DNA from: Eledone cirrhosa | Lineage: Eukaryota | Assembly (NCBI GenBank): GCA_964016885.1 | Contig: OZ024741.1 | Span: forward strand, 251,410,001-251,474,000 | Length of the DNA: 64,000 nt | Reading direction: 5' to 3' | Shown: positions 1-14,055 of the stretch, one piece after another | Layout of the letters: each line of letters starts with the position of its first letter | How positions within the stretch are numbered: position 1 is the first letter of the stretch | Made by a program: the position numbers and the translations under genes | The notes under the pieces: generated by a model | The model's input: the letters and a program-made list of their open reading frames with translations, nothing else | What the model was told of the DNA's origin: nothing | Database searches by the model: none

Positions 1-423
1 TACATACATGTTTGTGAATGCGTGTGTACATGTATGTGTGTGAATGCGTGTGTACATGTTCGTGTATGCGTGTGTACATGTATGTGTGTGAATGCGTGTG
101 TACATGTATGTGTGTGAATGCGTGTGTACATACACGAAGATGGTGAACGGCTTCGTCTTGCAGCATCATATTTAGGCGGCGGAGGGGGAGGTGAGGTGAT
201 AACAGGTGGTGGGAGAGACCAAACATGGACGTACGTGTGTGTGTGTGTGTGTGTGTACCTGTATGTGTGTATATATATATATGTGTATGTTTGTGTATGT
301 GTGTGTATGTCTGCGTGCGGTGGTGAACGTAATGGAAAGGTGTCGATGTAAGATACAGAGAAAGAGAAGAAAAGAGTCAAGCGGAGAAAAGGACAGAAAG
401 AGAGAGGAAAAACAGGCAACCCA

Positions 424-489
<66 letters not shown>

Positions 490-580
490 TATATATATAA
501 GGAAGAGTGGTAAGGAACCAGGTGGACCATAACGCACAAGAGTACTCGATACTTTGGTTAGTAGAGTGGGTAATAGGAAA

Positions 581-677
581 ATGTTTAATCCTTACGGCAG
601 AGCTCAAACCGTTTCGACGGTTATTTCTGGGAAATAGCCGTCGAAACGGCTTGAGCTCTGCCGTCGGGGTTAAACAT
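581..677. repeat. Hairpin at the end of a PLE-tail-like repeat (family also at 6407-6531 and 28462-28660)
   Basis: ATGTTTAA...CGTTTCGACGGTTATTTC-TGG-GAAATAGCCGTCGAAACG...TTAAACAT. The adjacent GGTGGACCATAACGCAC..GAGTACTCGATACT segment recurs three times next to (TA)n. Confidence 0.75.
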
Positions 678-698
678 CTCGATAGATAGCTAGATATC

Positions 699-1044
699 TT
701 TCTTTATTTGCCACAGGGGCGTACAAAAATAGGACATTACAAGACATGGCGGCAGGGGTTTTACATAAAAATCATATAACTTTAACATTAATAAATAACA
801 ATAAACTATATATAATAAAATAACAATTGAAATCCCCAGTAGTGGGGAACGTTACTGCAGGGTTGTTTTACACCCCGTGGATAGAACAACCCTCAACACC
901 AGGAACACGTTTCGTAGGTGTTCCCGTCTTCCCTCTGTTTATCTTCCTTAACCTACAGGTTTATATACAGAGAAGGCCCATTCACTCGGACCATTTTCTC
1001 CACATTCACTGCCCTTTCAGTGAATTTACTGGGGTGTAGCACCA
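699..1044 (-). mobile_element. 3' fragment of Tx1/L1-like non-LTR retrotransposon inserted in (GATA)n
   Basis: Minus strand encodes VLHPSKFTERAVNVEKMVRVNGPSLYINL*, homologous to the end of ORF 1474..1707. It ends in AATAAAGAAA and has GATA repeats on both sides. Confidence 0.55.
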
Positions 1045-1186
1045 TAGATAGATAGACAGATATGCAGAGAGACAGACAGACAGACATACATACAGACAGA
1101 CAGACAGACAGTCAGACAGACAGACAGATAGACAGACAAACAGACAGATAGATATGTTTCTTTTATTTCTTTTTTTTATAGACAGC

Positions 1187-1241
<55 letters not shown>

Positions 1242-1244
1242 ATT

Positions 1245-1785
1245 TTTTTATTAGCCACAAGGGCACAAAAGAAAGGGACAAATACAAATGGGGATTTTAC
1301 ATACAGGTATATGAAAATAAAACTATTAATAAAATAACAAATAACAATTGATATCCCCAATAGGGGGAAGGTGTTACACAGGGGTTGTACACACCCCGAA
1401 AAAATGTACAACCCTCATCTCCAGGAGCACCAAGAGTGAGTACTCCCTTCCTCTCTTCCTCTTTTTCCTCAACCTACTGGCTTATATAGAGAGAAGGCCC
1501 AACCACTCGGGCCATCTTTGCCACATTCACACACCTTTTATAAAATTTGCTGGGGTACAGCACCTCTCTCTCCATCCTGATTCTTCTTCCAAAATGATAT
1601 TTGAAAAAACGAATCAGTTGTTCGCCGGAGAGAAAGGTGTCTGACTTCAGCTCTTTTAACCTCGTCCACCATATAACCTCTTTCACCATAGCCATAACAT
1701 AACACATAGGAAAACCGCCTCTCCCTCGTTTTTGAAGGGGGGTGGCGGTTTGATCATGACAATGGACTCGGTGGTCAACCGAATA
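1245..1785 (-). mobile_element. 3' fragment of Tx1/L1-like non-LTR retrotransposon inserted in (GATA)n
   Basis: ORF 1474..1707(-) ...VKEVIWWTRLK...FFKYHFGRRIRMERE...F resembles Tx1 ORF2 C-termini. The 3' end is TGTGGCTAATAAAAAA followed by (TCTA)n; GATA repeats on both flanks. Confidence 0.6.
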
Positions 1786-2042
1786 GATAATAGATAAATA
1801 GATAGATAAATAGATAGATAGATAGGGGTACAGTTGTGTCCACAGTATACGTGTGTCCGTATGTGTAAGTTCGAACCATTCAATTGATATCTCTGTGTGT
1901 CTTTCTCTTTCTCTCTCACTCTATTTCTCTCTCTGAATATATTATGCCCATTAATACAACAAATGTATACACACCATAACAGATACACACCGCATTTCTA
2001 CATACATTTCAAGAGTATTCTAATAAATATGTGTATACATTT

Positions 2043-2086
<44 letters not shown>

Positions 2087-2115
2087 TGTTTTTTAAGCTT
2101 CATATCATGTATCCC

Positions 2116-2186
2116 TATTTTATCTGATGAGAACGCAGATATCATCCCATGATGATATTTGTTTTTGAAATGCGCATAATAAAATA
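2116..2186 (+). ncRNA. Minimal type-I hammerhead ribozyme (family A)
   Basis: TATTTTAT-CTGATGA-GAACGCAGATATCAT/ATGATATTTGTTTTT-GAAA-TGCGCA-TA-ATAAAATA. 8-bp stem I, long stem II, palindromic stem III; predicted cleavage after 2178. Confidence 0.85.
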
Positions 2187-2217
2187 CTTGGAACTCTTTT
2201 TAACCATCTTTTGATCT

Positions 2218-2321
<104 letters not shown>

Positions 2322-2835
2322 ATGTGTGTGTGTGTGTGTGTGTGTTTAAAGAAAGAGAGAGTGAGATGTATGCTTATATATCTGTTACTATGAGTATACA
2401 TTTGTAGTAATCGGTATTTCTCTGTAGCTACATACATACGTACGTACATACATACATACATACATATATACATACATACACACATACACCAATATACATA
2501 CATACATACATACATACATACATACATACATACATACATCCATGGAAGGTTATATATACACTGATACACCGCCTCTACACATCAAACACATTGAAATGGG
2601 CCTGCAGGGGGGCATTATATATTCGTTTGACTTTCTAGAAATAGCAGCTAAGTATCCTCTCAAATCATACCGTAGAGATCTTAGGAAAGTACACTTTGGA
2701 TAATGTGGTCCATTGTTCCCTGTATATAGAATAAAGACAGGTTGACCACGTTTGGAATGTTTTTCACTATAGATTTGTTCGATTAGGGCCTGACCTAGGG
2801 CTAAACAACAACTATAACATCACACGTACATACAT

Positions 2836-3095
2836 GAGGGGCGGTGGAACTGGGAAAGGGGCAGCCCCTCTTCCTCCCAATTATTATATTTTTCTCCCCA
2901 AACTACCAAAACACACATCTATTTGTATATGCGCTACAAATTATGTACATTTTATGTTTATCAAATCGAAGTTTTCTTTTTATATCTTGGTTGATATTTG
3001 ATAATAACAGATAAACGAATCACCACAACTTAATCGACCAAATTAGCACTCCCCCCCCCCCCACCTCTCATTCAGAAATACTTCCACCGCCCCTG
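2836..3095. mobile_element. hAT-like MITE
   Basis: Terminal inverted repeats AGGGGCGGTGGAA / TTCCACCGCCCCTG, inserted in a TACA microsatellite. Confidence 0.6.
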
Positions 3096-3399
3096 TACAT
3101 ACATACACATCTAAAAACATTAGACAGCAGCCATTGTGTGCAGGTTATAACGATATATACATATACCGATATACATACACATGCATACACACACACACAC
3201 ATACGCATATATACACATACGCATATATACACATAAATGTGTATATTTAAAAATCCCTACAAGTTATCGTCACTCAAAATCTTGTCATTTTAGGGTCCGA
3301 TAGAAATCTGGCGAAGTAGACCCCCCCCCCCCACACACACACAAATGTGTGTATGTATGTGTGTATGTGTGTATGTATGTATGTATGTATGATGGTATC

Positions 3400-3730
3400 C
3401 AATGATGTTGACTTGTTCTTCTTTTTGGTAAATATCATCTTGGTTAAGAGAGTGGGACTGGCTTTGTGCAGTTCCTTTGCTCACTATAAAAGCTTCACGG
3501 CACAGGCATTGCTTTATATCTGGAGATCTCTCTGCACTTGTCGTCACATGGTACCATGGGCCCAGCACTATGTGTCAATAATTGTCACAAGTGTAGTGTT
3601 TGTACCAGAGTTTTCAAGTCACTGGCTGGACTAAAAAGTCACACTCGTTCAGCGTATCGGTAAGGGTTCTCCTACATGGATATAAAGTAGTGGCCGTACT
3701 CGAAAACGAGTTGGCAGCCACCATGTATGT
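3400..3730 (+). mobile_element. 3' end of an RTE/BovB-like LINE with terminal C2H2-type finger
   Basis: 3586-3663 encodes HKCSVCTRVFKSLAGLKSHTRSAYR*. It is followed by a short UTR with hairpin ACTCGAAAACGAGT and a (TGTA)n tail, a typical RTE 3' end. Confidence 0.6.
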
Positions 3731-3734
3731 ATGT

Positions 3735-3897
3735 AGGTGGTGAATTGGCAGAGTCGTTAAGACGTCGGATAGAATACTTTACGGTAGTCGTCCCACCCCA
3801 TTGCACGCTCTGAGTTCAAATCCCGCCGTGGTCATCTTTGCCTTTCTTCCTTTCGACGCCGATAAAAAAAAGTACCAGTCCAGTACTGGGGTTGATT
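3735..3897 (+). mobile_element. tRNA-derived SINE (family 1), diverged
   Basis: Box A TGGCAGAGTCG, box B GAGTTCAAATCC, core TTTGCCTTTC...GATAAAA..GTACCAG. Confidence 0.75.
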
Positions 3898-4142
3898 CTT
3901 CCTCTATAGAAAAAATCGGCTGCGTTCAGATCTGGAGAGGGTTGGGCTCCACCAGGTTTAAATGTACCCCAGACACGCCGTTTGACGGCGCCTCTACGAC
4001 TCCATAAGGAGTTATGGGAGATCTTTATCCCTTTGTATGTATCTATGTACGTACGTATCTATATGTTACATTCTATATCACACACACAGAATGCGAATGC
4101 GCACAATACACGAAACACCCCCCACCCACTCACACACACACA

Positions 4143-4213
<71 letters not shown>

Positions 4214-4365
4214 ACACACACACACACACACTCACACACATAAATACACGCCACTTCACTGATGGATAGCATCATATTACAGTGGCACGGCATACACTTA
4301 TGTTTATATATGAATATATAGTGTGTATATGTGTATGTTCTATATATTGGACGTACACGCATATG

Positions 4366-4442
<77 letters not shown>

Positions 4443-4528
4443 GAAAAATTGAACAGGGACAGAACAGAGAGGCAGTACAATAAATGTTTATTAAATTCAC
4501 GCTCAGGAGAGTGGGGGGTAGGTGGGGG

Positions 4529-4560
4529 ACGACGTTTCGGGCATAAGCCCTTCTTCAGGT
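4529..4560 (-). ncRNA. Minimal hammerhead motif (family B), minus copy
   Basis: Reverse complement: AC-CTGAAGA-A-GGGC-TTAT-GCCC-GAAA-CG-TC-GT. Stem I is only ~2 bp. Confidence 0.6.
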
Positions 4561-4843
4561 GAGAAGTGTGTGGGAACAGAGTTCAAAAGGTGTGTAGGGG
4601 AGTGGTATATATATATATACAGAGACCGCTGGAGAGAACTCGTCCATGGATCTCGGGAATTTGACCCGCCTTAGATATATATATATATATGTATGTATGA
4701 ATTTTTTCTCGCGAGTCCGTTCTGTCTTTAAACTGTATGTTATTACTCTGAGGTTTTATACCTTATCGAGTGCTTGGCTGCACTTCTGAATGCATTCGTC
4801 GGCTTAGCCGCGGCTCGAGCTTTGAATGTGCTGCACTTCCATT

Positions 4844-4922
<79 letters not shown>

Positions 4923-5212
4923 CACACACACACACATGTACACCTACACACACACACACACCACCTTCAGCCCTCCCCGCTCGGACACCCCGTCTCCCTC
5001 TCCACACTCCACCCGCCACCACCCCTACACGTCCCACACCCTTCCACCACCTGTTTTTCTTCATGTGTATTCTTATTTTTATTTTTATCATGCTTTTATA
5101 TTTAATTTCATTTGTACCGTTTCCTCTCACCCCCCCCCCCTTTTTTTATATGATATGTCTCTCCACCACTCCCCTGTGCACACCCTTGGAACTCTCTTCC
5201 CACACACTTTTC

Positions 5213-5244
5213 ACCTGAAGAAGGGCTTATGCCCGAAACGTCGT
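5213..5244 (+). ncRNA. Minimal hammerhead motif (family B), plus copy
   Basis: AC-CTGAAGA-A-GGGC-TTAT-GCCC-GAAA-CG-TC-GT. It lies in a repeat (5165-5325) that is inverted relative to 4444-4606. Confidence 0.6.
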
Positions 5245-5440
5245 TCCCCACCACCACCCCACTCTCAAGAGCGTGAAACTAATAAACCTTTGTTCGTACT
5301 GCCTCTCTGTTTTGTTCCCGTTCTTTATTACATAACTATATATATATATAGTAATAATAATAAAATTGAAGACTAAAATCCAAAGAGGGCTCAATAAGGA
5401 AAATATATATCAAATATATAAGAACCGTAGAGCAAATATT

Positions 5441-5576
5441 TATTAAAATAACAGATTAAGTTTAAGCAAAGAATCGCTGCTTTCACCCTTAACGGGATCT
5501 TCTGAAACTAACCTTAGTTTCAGAAGATCCCGTTAAGGGTGAAAGCAGCGATTCTTTGCTTAAACTTAATCTGTTA

Positions 5577-5584
<8 letters not shown>
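5441..5584. repeat. Perfect palindrome, 71-bp arms, 2-nt loop
   Basis: ...GATCTTCTGAAACTAA-CC-TTAGTTTCAGAAGATC... The arm contains HHR-like CAGAAGA-TCCC-GTTAA-GGGT-GAAA. Confidence 0.9.
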
Positions 5585-5646
<62 letters not shown>

Positions 5647-6076
5647 AAAATTGAACGGGAACAAAACAGAGAGGCAGTACGAACATATATATATATATAT
5701 AAGTTGACGGGACTAGCATGAGTTTCACAGGTAGTGCCGGTTGCATATATACATACACATACAATATAGATATATATATTATAGACATACTATATAGATA
5801 TATATTATACACATACTATATAGACATATATTATGAATATACTATGCATGCAATTGTAGAGATGCGAATATGCACAGCAGCAGTTATTGCGTATACGTTT
5901 TTATCTGTTTCTCTATCTGTCTGTCTATATATATATATATATATATGTGTGTGTGGTGTGTGGTGTGTACGTATTTGTGTGTATTAAATATATGTATGTA
6001 CACACAGCCATAAGCGTGTGTATGAAGAGTTTCATGTATAGTATATCTATTTAATAAAATATGCATAAAGTATAGA

Positions 6077-6110
<34 letters not shown>

Positions 6111-6319
6111 AGTAGAGATACAGAATGTCAAATGTACGTAGTACATGTATATGAGGGGAAAATGAAAGTAGGAAACAAGGGAGATAAATGAGTTGCTGTT
6201 GTATTATACTGTTTATGTACTGTGTAGTAAATTGTATTACAGCACACACTCTCTCACACACACACACATATATATATCAGTTTGTTTATTATAGCGAACT
6301 GTATTATAGCGAACACCCT

Positions 6320-6407
<88 letters not shown>

Positions 6408-6534
6408 CGAAGGAGGTGTGGTAAGGAACCCGGTGGACCATAACGCACCAGAGTACTCGATACTTTGGGTAGTAGAGTGGGTAATAGGAAAAGGGTCAGG
6501 ACCCCGACGGCAGAGCTCGAGCCGTTTCGACGTA

Positions 6535-6626
6535 ATACAGAAATGGCTTCTACAGGACTAGAACTGTTTCATTCGAAGGAAATCAACGAATGAAACAGTT
6601 CTAATCCTGTAGAAGACATTTCTATA
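6535..6626. repeat. Hairpin repeat (family also at 53085-53220, 58429-58561, one arm at ~20500-20585)
   Basis: AGAAATGGCTTCTACAGGACTAGAACTGTTTCATTCG...CGAATGAAACAGTTCTAATCCTGTAGAAGACATTTCT. Confidence 0.8.
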
Positions 6627-6929
6627 ATGTGTTGTTTACACTCTACTAGTTGTTTACACTCTACTAGTGCATTGTGTATCTTACTATGGTTACCTCCTAT
6701 TGAACCCGCGACACACACACACACACATGTGTGTGTGTGTGTGTGTGTGTGTGCAGTGCAATTATACTATAGTGTACTGTGCACATCCTGTGTTTTGTAT
6801 TGTTTACAGCTGTATTGTTTGAGTGTTCTAAATGTGTGTATGTGTACACGTATATGTATGTGTGTGTGTGTGTGTGTGTGCCTCCCTCTATCTATCTATA
6901 AGTTTGTATGGAAAAAGATGGATAGATAG

Positions 6930-6967
<38 letters not shown>

Positions 6968-7083
6968 TAGGGAGAGGCGAGAGAGAGAATGTGTGTGTGT
7001 GTGTATACGTATATGTATGAGTGTGTGTCTTTCTATGTATGCGTTTGCGTGTAAAGAAATAGATAGATATAACGAGAGAGCGA

Positions 7084-7189
<106 letters not shown>

Positions 7190-8805
7190 AGAAAGAGAGA
7201 GAGTGTGTTAGATAGAAAGGGCAGATTAGGAGAGGCAGGAAATGAGAGGATGTCACCTGCACATGATCTGCTGCTGATCATGTGACTGCACTGCATTCAA
7301 CAGGATCGAACAAACACATACACACCTACACACACAGACATTACATACATATACATACATATATATACATACATACATTACATACATATATACACACACA
7401 TACAAACATACATTACATACATATATACACACATACAAACATACATTACATACATACATACATACATATATACACATATACAAACATACATACACACACA
7501 TACAAGCATACATTACATACAAACATACATACATATATACACATATACAAACATACATACGCACACGTACATATATACATACATACACACACATAGATAC
7601 ATACATACACACATCCATGCATACTTACGCACACATACATACAGAGACACATACATATAAACATACAAACATACATACACACACATACAAACATACATTA
7701 CATACAAACATACATATATATATATATATATATATACTTACATACACACATACATACATACGTACATACACACATACATACACACACATTCATACATATA
7801 TACACAGAGACACATACATATATACATACATACATACATATATACATATATACATACAGCCAGTTATACAGACGTTTACAAGAACACATACTGACTGAAT
7901 GAGATCTTAAAAGGAAGCAGTATTGTTATAAGACACACACACGCACACACACGCACACACACACACACACTCACACTCACACTCACACACACACACACAC
8001 ACACTCACACACAAACACACACACACACACACAAACACAAACAAACACACACACACAAACACATACTCACACACAAACACACAAACACACACACACACAC
8101 ACACGCACGCACACACACACACACATACACTCACACACAAACACACAAACACACACACACACACACGCACGCACACGCACACACACTCACACTCACACAC
8201 AAACACACAAACACACACACTCACACACTCACACACAAACACACACACACACACACAAACACAAACAAACACAAACAAACGCACACAAACACACACACAC
8301 ACAAACATGTACACAAACAAAGACATACACAAACACACACACACACACAAACACACACACGCACACAAACACACACGCACACACACAAACACACACACAT
8401 GCACTTGTATTGATGAATATGTGTATGTATGTATGTGTGTATGTATGTATTGATTTATCTATAATCTTTCTTTTCCTCTATCTCTATCTATCTATCCATG
8501 TATGTATGTGTGTGTGGGGGTGTGGGTGTGCAGGTATGTATGTATGTGTGTATGTGTATGAGTGTGTGTGTGCACCTATGTGTGTATATCGCTGCACATC
8601 ACTCAACAAGATCCAACACACGTACATACATACACATATCCTGACATACATACATACATACACACGCATATATATATATATATTTATGCACACACAGATA
8701 ATTGTATGTATGTATGTATGTTTGCATGTATGTATGTTTGTATCTATACAAAGAGATAGAGAAAAGGAGCTAGATAAATAGATAGATAGATAGATAAATA
8801 GATAA

Positions 8806-8849
<44 letters not shown>

Positions 8850-8866
8850 ATAGATAAATAGATAGA

Positions 8867-9031
8867 TTTCTTTATTAGCCACAAGGGCGCAACAAGAAAG
8901 GGGACAATACAAAGACATGCCGGGGATTTTACATACAGTCGTGTAAAAAAATATAAAAACAAACAATTTCAACAATCGAAATCCCCAATAGGGGGGAGGC
9001 GCCACAAATGGGTTGTTTAATACTCTGTCGA

Positions 9032-9033
<2 letters not shown>
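8867..9033 (-). mobile_element. Short 3' end of the same Tx1-like family in (GATA)n
   Basis: TTTCTTTATTAGCCACAAGGGC...AAATCCCCAATAGGGGG matches 699-845 and 1245-1370; GATA repeats on both sides. Confidence 0.6.
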
Positions 9034-9102
<69 letters not shown>

Positions 9103-9126
9103 TATTTCTTTATTTACCATAAAGGC

Positions 9127-9169
<43 letters not shown>

Positions 9170-9390
9170 CGCAGTGTAGTGCCAGTAGTACACACCCAAA
9201 CGCAATACAGTAGCAGAAATATTAAACGCTAACCATACACATACACTCAATATAGTATGATATATATATGTGTGTATTATTATATGGATTCTTTGTCCGA
9301 AGGATAAGCTGAAACCGTTTTGTATACAGTGTTAATTTGTAGCATCTCAGACATACATATATACCCACTCCCCCATTTACATATAAATAA

Positions 9391-9455
<65 letters not shown>

Positions 9456-9751
9456 AACAATCAAATTTTTGTTTAATGCATTTAATTGCTGACGATCGTT
9501 TCTTCCAGACATGTCTGGAATCGTCGGAGCATATACAATGTTAAAACAAGTCGTTAACTTCCTAGGCTTTAGAACATTCATTAAGATAGATTATAATTAA
9601 CAGTGTCAGTGACATCACATTGTAGAGCAAGAAGAACAAAATAATATTACAGTGAAAAGATAGTAAAATATTGAAAGGTGTTATAAAGAAAGTATTCCTT
9701 AAAGTCAATATATGAAGCATATTACACAAAGAATGTTAATGATTTTTTATA

Positions 9752-9953
9752 TAGGCACAAGGCCAGCAATTTAGGGGGAGGGGAAAGTCGATTAAATCGA
9801 CCCCAGTGCGTGACTGGTACTTTATTTTATCGACCCCATAAAGATGGAAGGCAAACTTAACCCCGGCGAGATTTGAACTGAGATCATAAAAAGCCGTAAC
9901 TCTATGCAAAGCATAGCGTCAGACCCTCGACCGATACTGCCAATCCACCGCTC
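9752..9953 (-). mobile_element. tRNA-derived SINE (family 1)
   Basis: Reverse complement begins GCGGTGGATTGGCAGTATCGG (box A), has GTTCAAATCTC (box B) and core GGGGTCGATAAAATAAAGTACCAG, and ends CTTGTGCCTA. Confidence 0.85.
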
Positions 9954-10321
9954 TAAAGAATGTTAATAATAGCATGCATAAAGGTAAAACAGAAGCATAA
10001 CGATTGCATGCATATATATGTTATGTAAACGTTATATGCTGAATTAGTTGCAGGCAAAGATATTTATGCTGGAGGTAATATAAGAAGTTTATGTAGGAAA
10101 TATTAATATTTATAGTTGTGGCGTGTGTTAGCAATGAACTTAGATTTGTAAAGTTCAAAAACAAACATTTACTCCAACGGTAATTGGTTAAATTTCTTTT
10201 CTGCTCTGTAATATGTCTATTTTACATTGAGCTAATTTTCTTACTGGTAATTGGGTAATACAAAATATTACCCTTTCTTATTTATAATTGTATATAGATT
10301 ATATATATGAGTATAAACATT

Positions 10322-10352
<31 letters not shown>

Positions 10353-10393
10353 TTATTATTATTATTATTATTATTATACACACATACACACAC

Positions 10394-10497
<104 letters not shown>

Positions 10498-10569
10498 AGG
10501 TAACACTAAGACAGCGTTTAAGAATAATAGAGGTGTATATGTAAACATATATAATAGCTTTATAAAGAT

Positions 10570-11496
10570 ACTAGCAGTGGTACCCGGTGTTGCACGGGAT
10601 AAGGTATTTTGGAACGCGGGCCGCCCAACAGACCTAATCGTGGAAAAACTGCATGCCTGGACAATATGTAAAGAAAATAAACCGAATACTCTGATGGGTG
10701 GATAATCTTTAAGATTTTCCTCGATGAAGCAGGAAAAATGTAGGTTTTCACCTAATGCGGGCCCTAGGGGATCAAGAAAATGAATTTTTTTTATGTGCAT
10801 AATATGCCTTGAAATTTAGGGAATATCGGCTACACGTAACGCCTCCAAAAAGCCCTAAAAAGCTGAAAAAATGAAGTTTTTGACCTAATGCGGGCCCTAG
10901 GCCATAAAAAAAAGTTGGATTTTCTTTGCTCACGGTATGAAGAAGAGACCGACTAATACATAGTTACAATTTCAAGGAAATCGGTCTGACGTAACGCCTC
11001 AAAAAACCCTGAAAAGCTTTAAAATCGCAGTTTTTCACCTAATGTGAATAGGAGATAAAAAAAAAAGGTTGAATTCTTTTATGTGCCTAACACTTTCTGA
11101 AACATAAGTAATACACATGTAAAGTTTGAAAAAAATCGGTTGGATACTTCTCGAGTTTTAGGGATTCAAACTCACACACACACACACACACATCCTCAGG
11201 GAAGTGACGTAATGCAGACAGCCAGACATACAGTCAGATATTATAAGGGCACGACGTTATATCTATGTATCTATCTAAAAAGAGAAAGACTAAGAATTAT
11301 AGAGAGAGATCGCTAAATCGCCTAATGTGGTCCCTATGGCATTGGAAATTGGAAATTTATTTTGCTCAGAACACTCCCTGAAACATAAGTATTACATGTG
11401 TAAAGTTTGAAAACAGTCGGTTGGGTGGTTCTCGAGTTTTCGGGATTCAAACTCACACACACAGACAGACATCCTCAGTTTTATATATATATAGAT
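10570..11496 (+). mobile_element. Non-autonomous Helitron/Helentron-like element
   Basis: Starts ACTAGCAGTGGTACCCGGTGTTGCACGGG (subterminal hairpin) and ends TATATATATAGAT. Internal CCTAATGCGGGCCCTAG repeats. Homologous to 62030-62813(-) and 21040-21160. Confidence 0.65.
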
Positions 11497-11689
11497 AAAC
11501 GTGTAGAATGGTGGTTGCAGTACTAGACACACACACAGACACACACGTGCATACATACACACACGAACGTACACACTGGTAGTACTACACAACTACATAT
11601 ACTGACGTACACATATACACACAGGCGTCCATGTATGCAAGCACACACACCTCTCTCGTATATTCAGACGTACATATACATGTAAAGAC

Positions 11690-12220
11690 ACGCTGCTCAG
11701 TGGTTAGAGGGTTTGGTTTACAATCGTATAATCGGAAGTTCGATTGCCATCGGTTGGCTGTGTCCTTCAGCAAGACACTTTACAGACCAATAAAAACCAA
11801 TAAAAACCCAAACAGGGAGTACCATGAAAAAAAGTGCCGCCGAAAGGCGAGAAATGAGGCATAATGGGGGAGATTTTACATAATGAAAACTATACCCATT
11901 TTCACATAAGGAGACATTTGCCACCCACCCCCAAAGTGGGTGGCAAATGTCCCCATTGGACGGGGAGTGTTGACATGTCTGACTTTATTTCTCATTGCTC
12001 CAGTCGGCCCAGCTGGAAATAAAAAAATAAGTTACACCTGTAATTCAAAGAGCCAGCCTTGTGATGCACTATGTGATGCTGAATCTCCCTGAGAAATACG
12101 TTAACAGTATGCATATCTGTGGAATACTCAATCACTTGCACATTAATTTCATGAGTAGGCTGTTCTGTTGATTAAACAACTGGTACGTATGTTATTGGAA
12201 CCGACGGTTGTCCAACAACA
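11690..12220 (+). mobile_element. CORE-type tRNA SINE (family 2) interrupted by a MITE
   Basis: GCTCAGTGGTTAGAG (box A), AGTTCGATTGC (box B), GTGTCCTTCAGCAAGACACTT (CORE-like). Homologues at 29820-30105(+), 41630-41790(-), 45350-45630(-), 63100-63400(-). Confidence 0.65.
11783..11981. mobile_element. 199-bp MITE with 6-bp TSD
   Basis: Flanked by direct ACTTTA (11777-11782, 11982-11987), termini CAGAC...GTCTG, internal hairpin GACATTTGCCACCCAC-CCCCAAA-GTGGGTGGCAAATGTC. Confidence 0.7.
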
Positions 12221-12245
12221 ACAACACACAAAGACATACACACTG

Positions 12246-12306
<61 letters not shown>

Positions 12307-12530
12307 CATCATGTTTAAGTTAGCTAAAATGTGAACTCACTAAGCTTCATTGTGATTGAAGGTCGCTGGCCCTTACCAGCGACCGCTTACAAAGGGCCAA
12401 AAGTTTGTGACTGTGTGAATGTGTGTCTGAGAGAGTCTGTAGTTGTCTGCCTTGAGACAGCCTCAGATTTTATTTTATATATGGGATGTCTCAAAAGGCA
12501 TTAAATAAAAATATGATCAGACCATATAAG

Positions 12531-13080
12531 CAGAGGTGTAACAAGGGAAAATATTGCCTATTGCAAACATTGAAATTGTGCCCCTGCCCATGTAGCAAGC
12601 TATATGGTAGTTGTTAGACAATGGGATTGACAGCGCAGTTTAAATAAATGAAAGTTTAGGTTCATTTGTTCTACAGACATCCTTTACGCTTATGTATAAG
12701 TAAAGTATTGGCAAAACTGTCAGTGTATTTAAAGGGAGAAATCTGTGTAATACTGATCTTTGACAAATATTAAAACCCTAATAAAATATTTGACAAGTCA
12801 TACTATGAAGTAAGCCTCTGTGATCATATAGTTCCCAGCACAGTATTTTTACCTATGGAGGCCTAATAATTTGTATAAATGGTTTAATGATCCAGCCACC
12901 ATAGTGTTTCTCACCCATGATAGACAAAGACAGATCATACATCTGAAGAAGTTTCTTTTTTCACTCTCTGACGATAGTTTATCTGACTTTAATAGAGAGT
13001 GCTCCTAGTCCAGGGAGCGCCCCCTTTCAAGTGGTGCCCATGGCACGTGTCATGCTTGCCATACCCTAGATACGCTTCTG
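12531..13080. mobile_element. hAT-like MITE
   Basis: Termini CAGAGGTGTAACAAGGG / CCCTAGATACGCTTCTG form an imperfect TIR; no clear TSD. Confidence 0.45.
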
Positions 13081-14055
13081 TTTGTGACAGCCTCAGATTT
13101 TATTTTATTATATTGGCTGTCTTGAAAGACAATGTTTTTTTCTGTTTTGAATTCACTGACCTATAACTTCAGTTAATATAATAATAGATAAACATTTCCG
13201 TTATTTGAGGCCACTCAGTAATACTTATATGGTCTGGTGTCATATTTTCATTTAATGTCTTTCGAGACATTCCATATATAAAATAAAATCTGAGGCTGTC
13301 ACAAGGCCGACTACTACAGATTCTCTCAGACACACATTCACACTGAGTCATTAACTTCTGGCCCTTTGTAAGTGGCTATAAAGAATGGTTTCTGATTTAG
13401 GCACAAGACCAGTAATTTTGAGGGAGGGGAAAATCGATTAAATCAACCTCAGTGCGTTACTGGTACTTTATTTTATTGACCCCGTAAGGATGACAGGCAA
13501 AGCTAACCTCTGCTGGATATCCATTGCTATAAATAATAGGTTAGAAAATTGGGTAAAATTCCCTTAAGGGCGGAACGAAGTGAACGGCAGAAGCTACAGT
13601 TTTCTTTTCTTTTCGTGGTGTAATGGCTTCTGGTTGTTTCAGGTATTTTATCACAATGAAGCTTAGTGAGTTCACATTTCAATCTTCTGTAGTCATTTCA
13701 AATGCATGTTAACACCGACACTAACATCACCCAGTTTTACAACTCTATCCAAAGCACCGTTAGCATTCCTTCTAATATCCTTCGTTGTTTTCTGATTCAC
13801 CCCACATAGTTCTGTTGTAAATCATGACAACAAATAAAAGAAATTTAACAGATTTCAAAGTTTTGTTCATTTGTAAACTTCATTTGAATATGGTTCCATC
13901 AACGATGGCAAGCGTCATATCTACATTTCTCTCCACTCAGACACCCACACATCACTTGCCATAGATTTGACAACAACAAAAATTCTTTAGAAAATGTAGG
14001 ATAAGTGTAATAGATGCAGCAGATAAGTGTAACAACAGTCAATTGCTATAAATAT

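Noticed and set aside
3586-3663. C2H2 zinc-finger gene exon
   Set aside because: Single finger followed by a stop, short hairpin and (TGTA)n tail; fits an RTE LINE 3' end.
9485-9539. ATTG-CTGACGA...GGAG-CATA-TA-CAAT as an active hammerhead
   Set aside because: GAAA is mutated to GGAG and the stem II base is poor; counted only as a degenerate copy.
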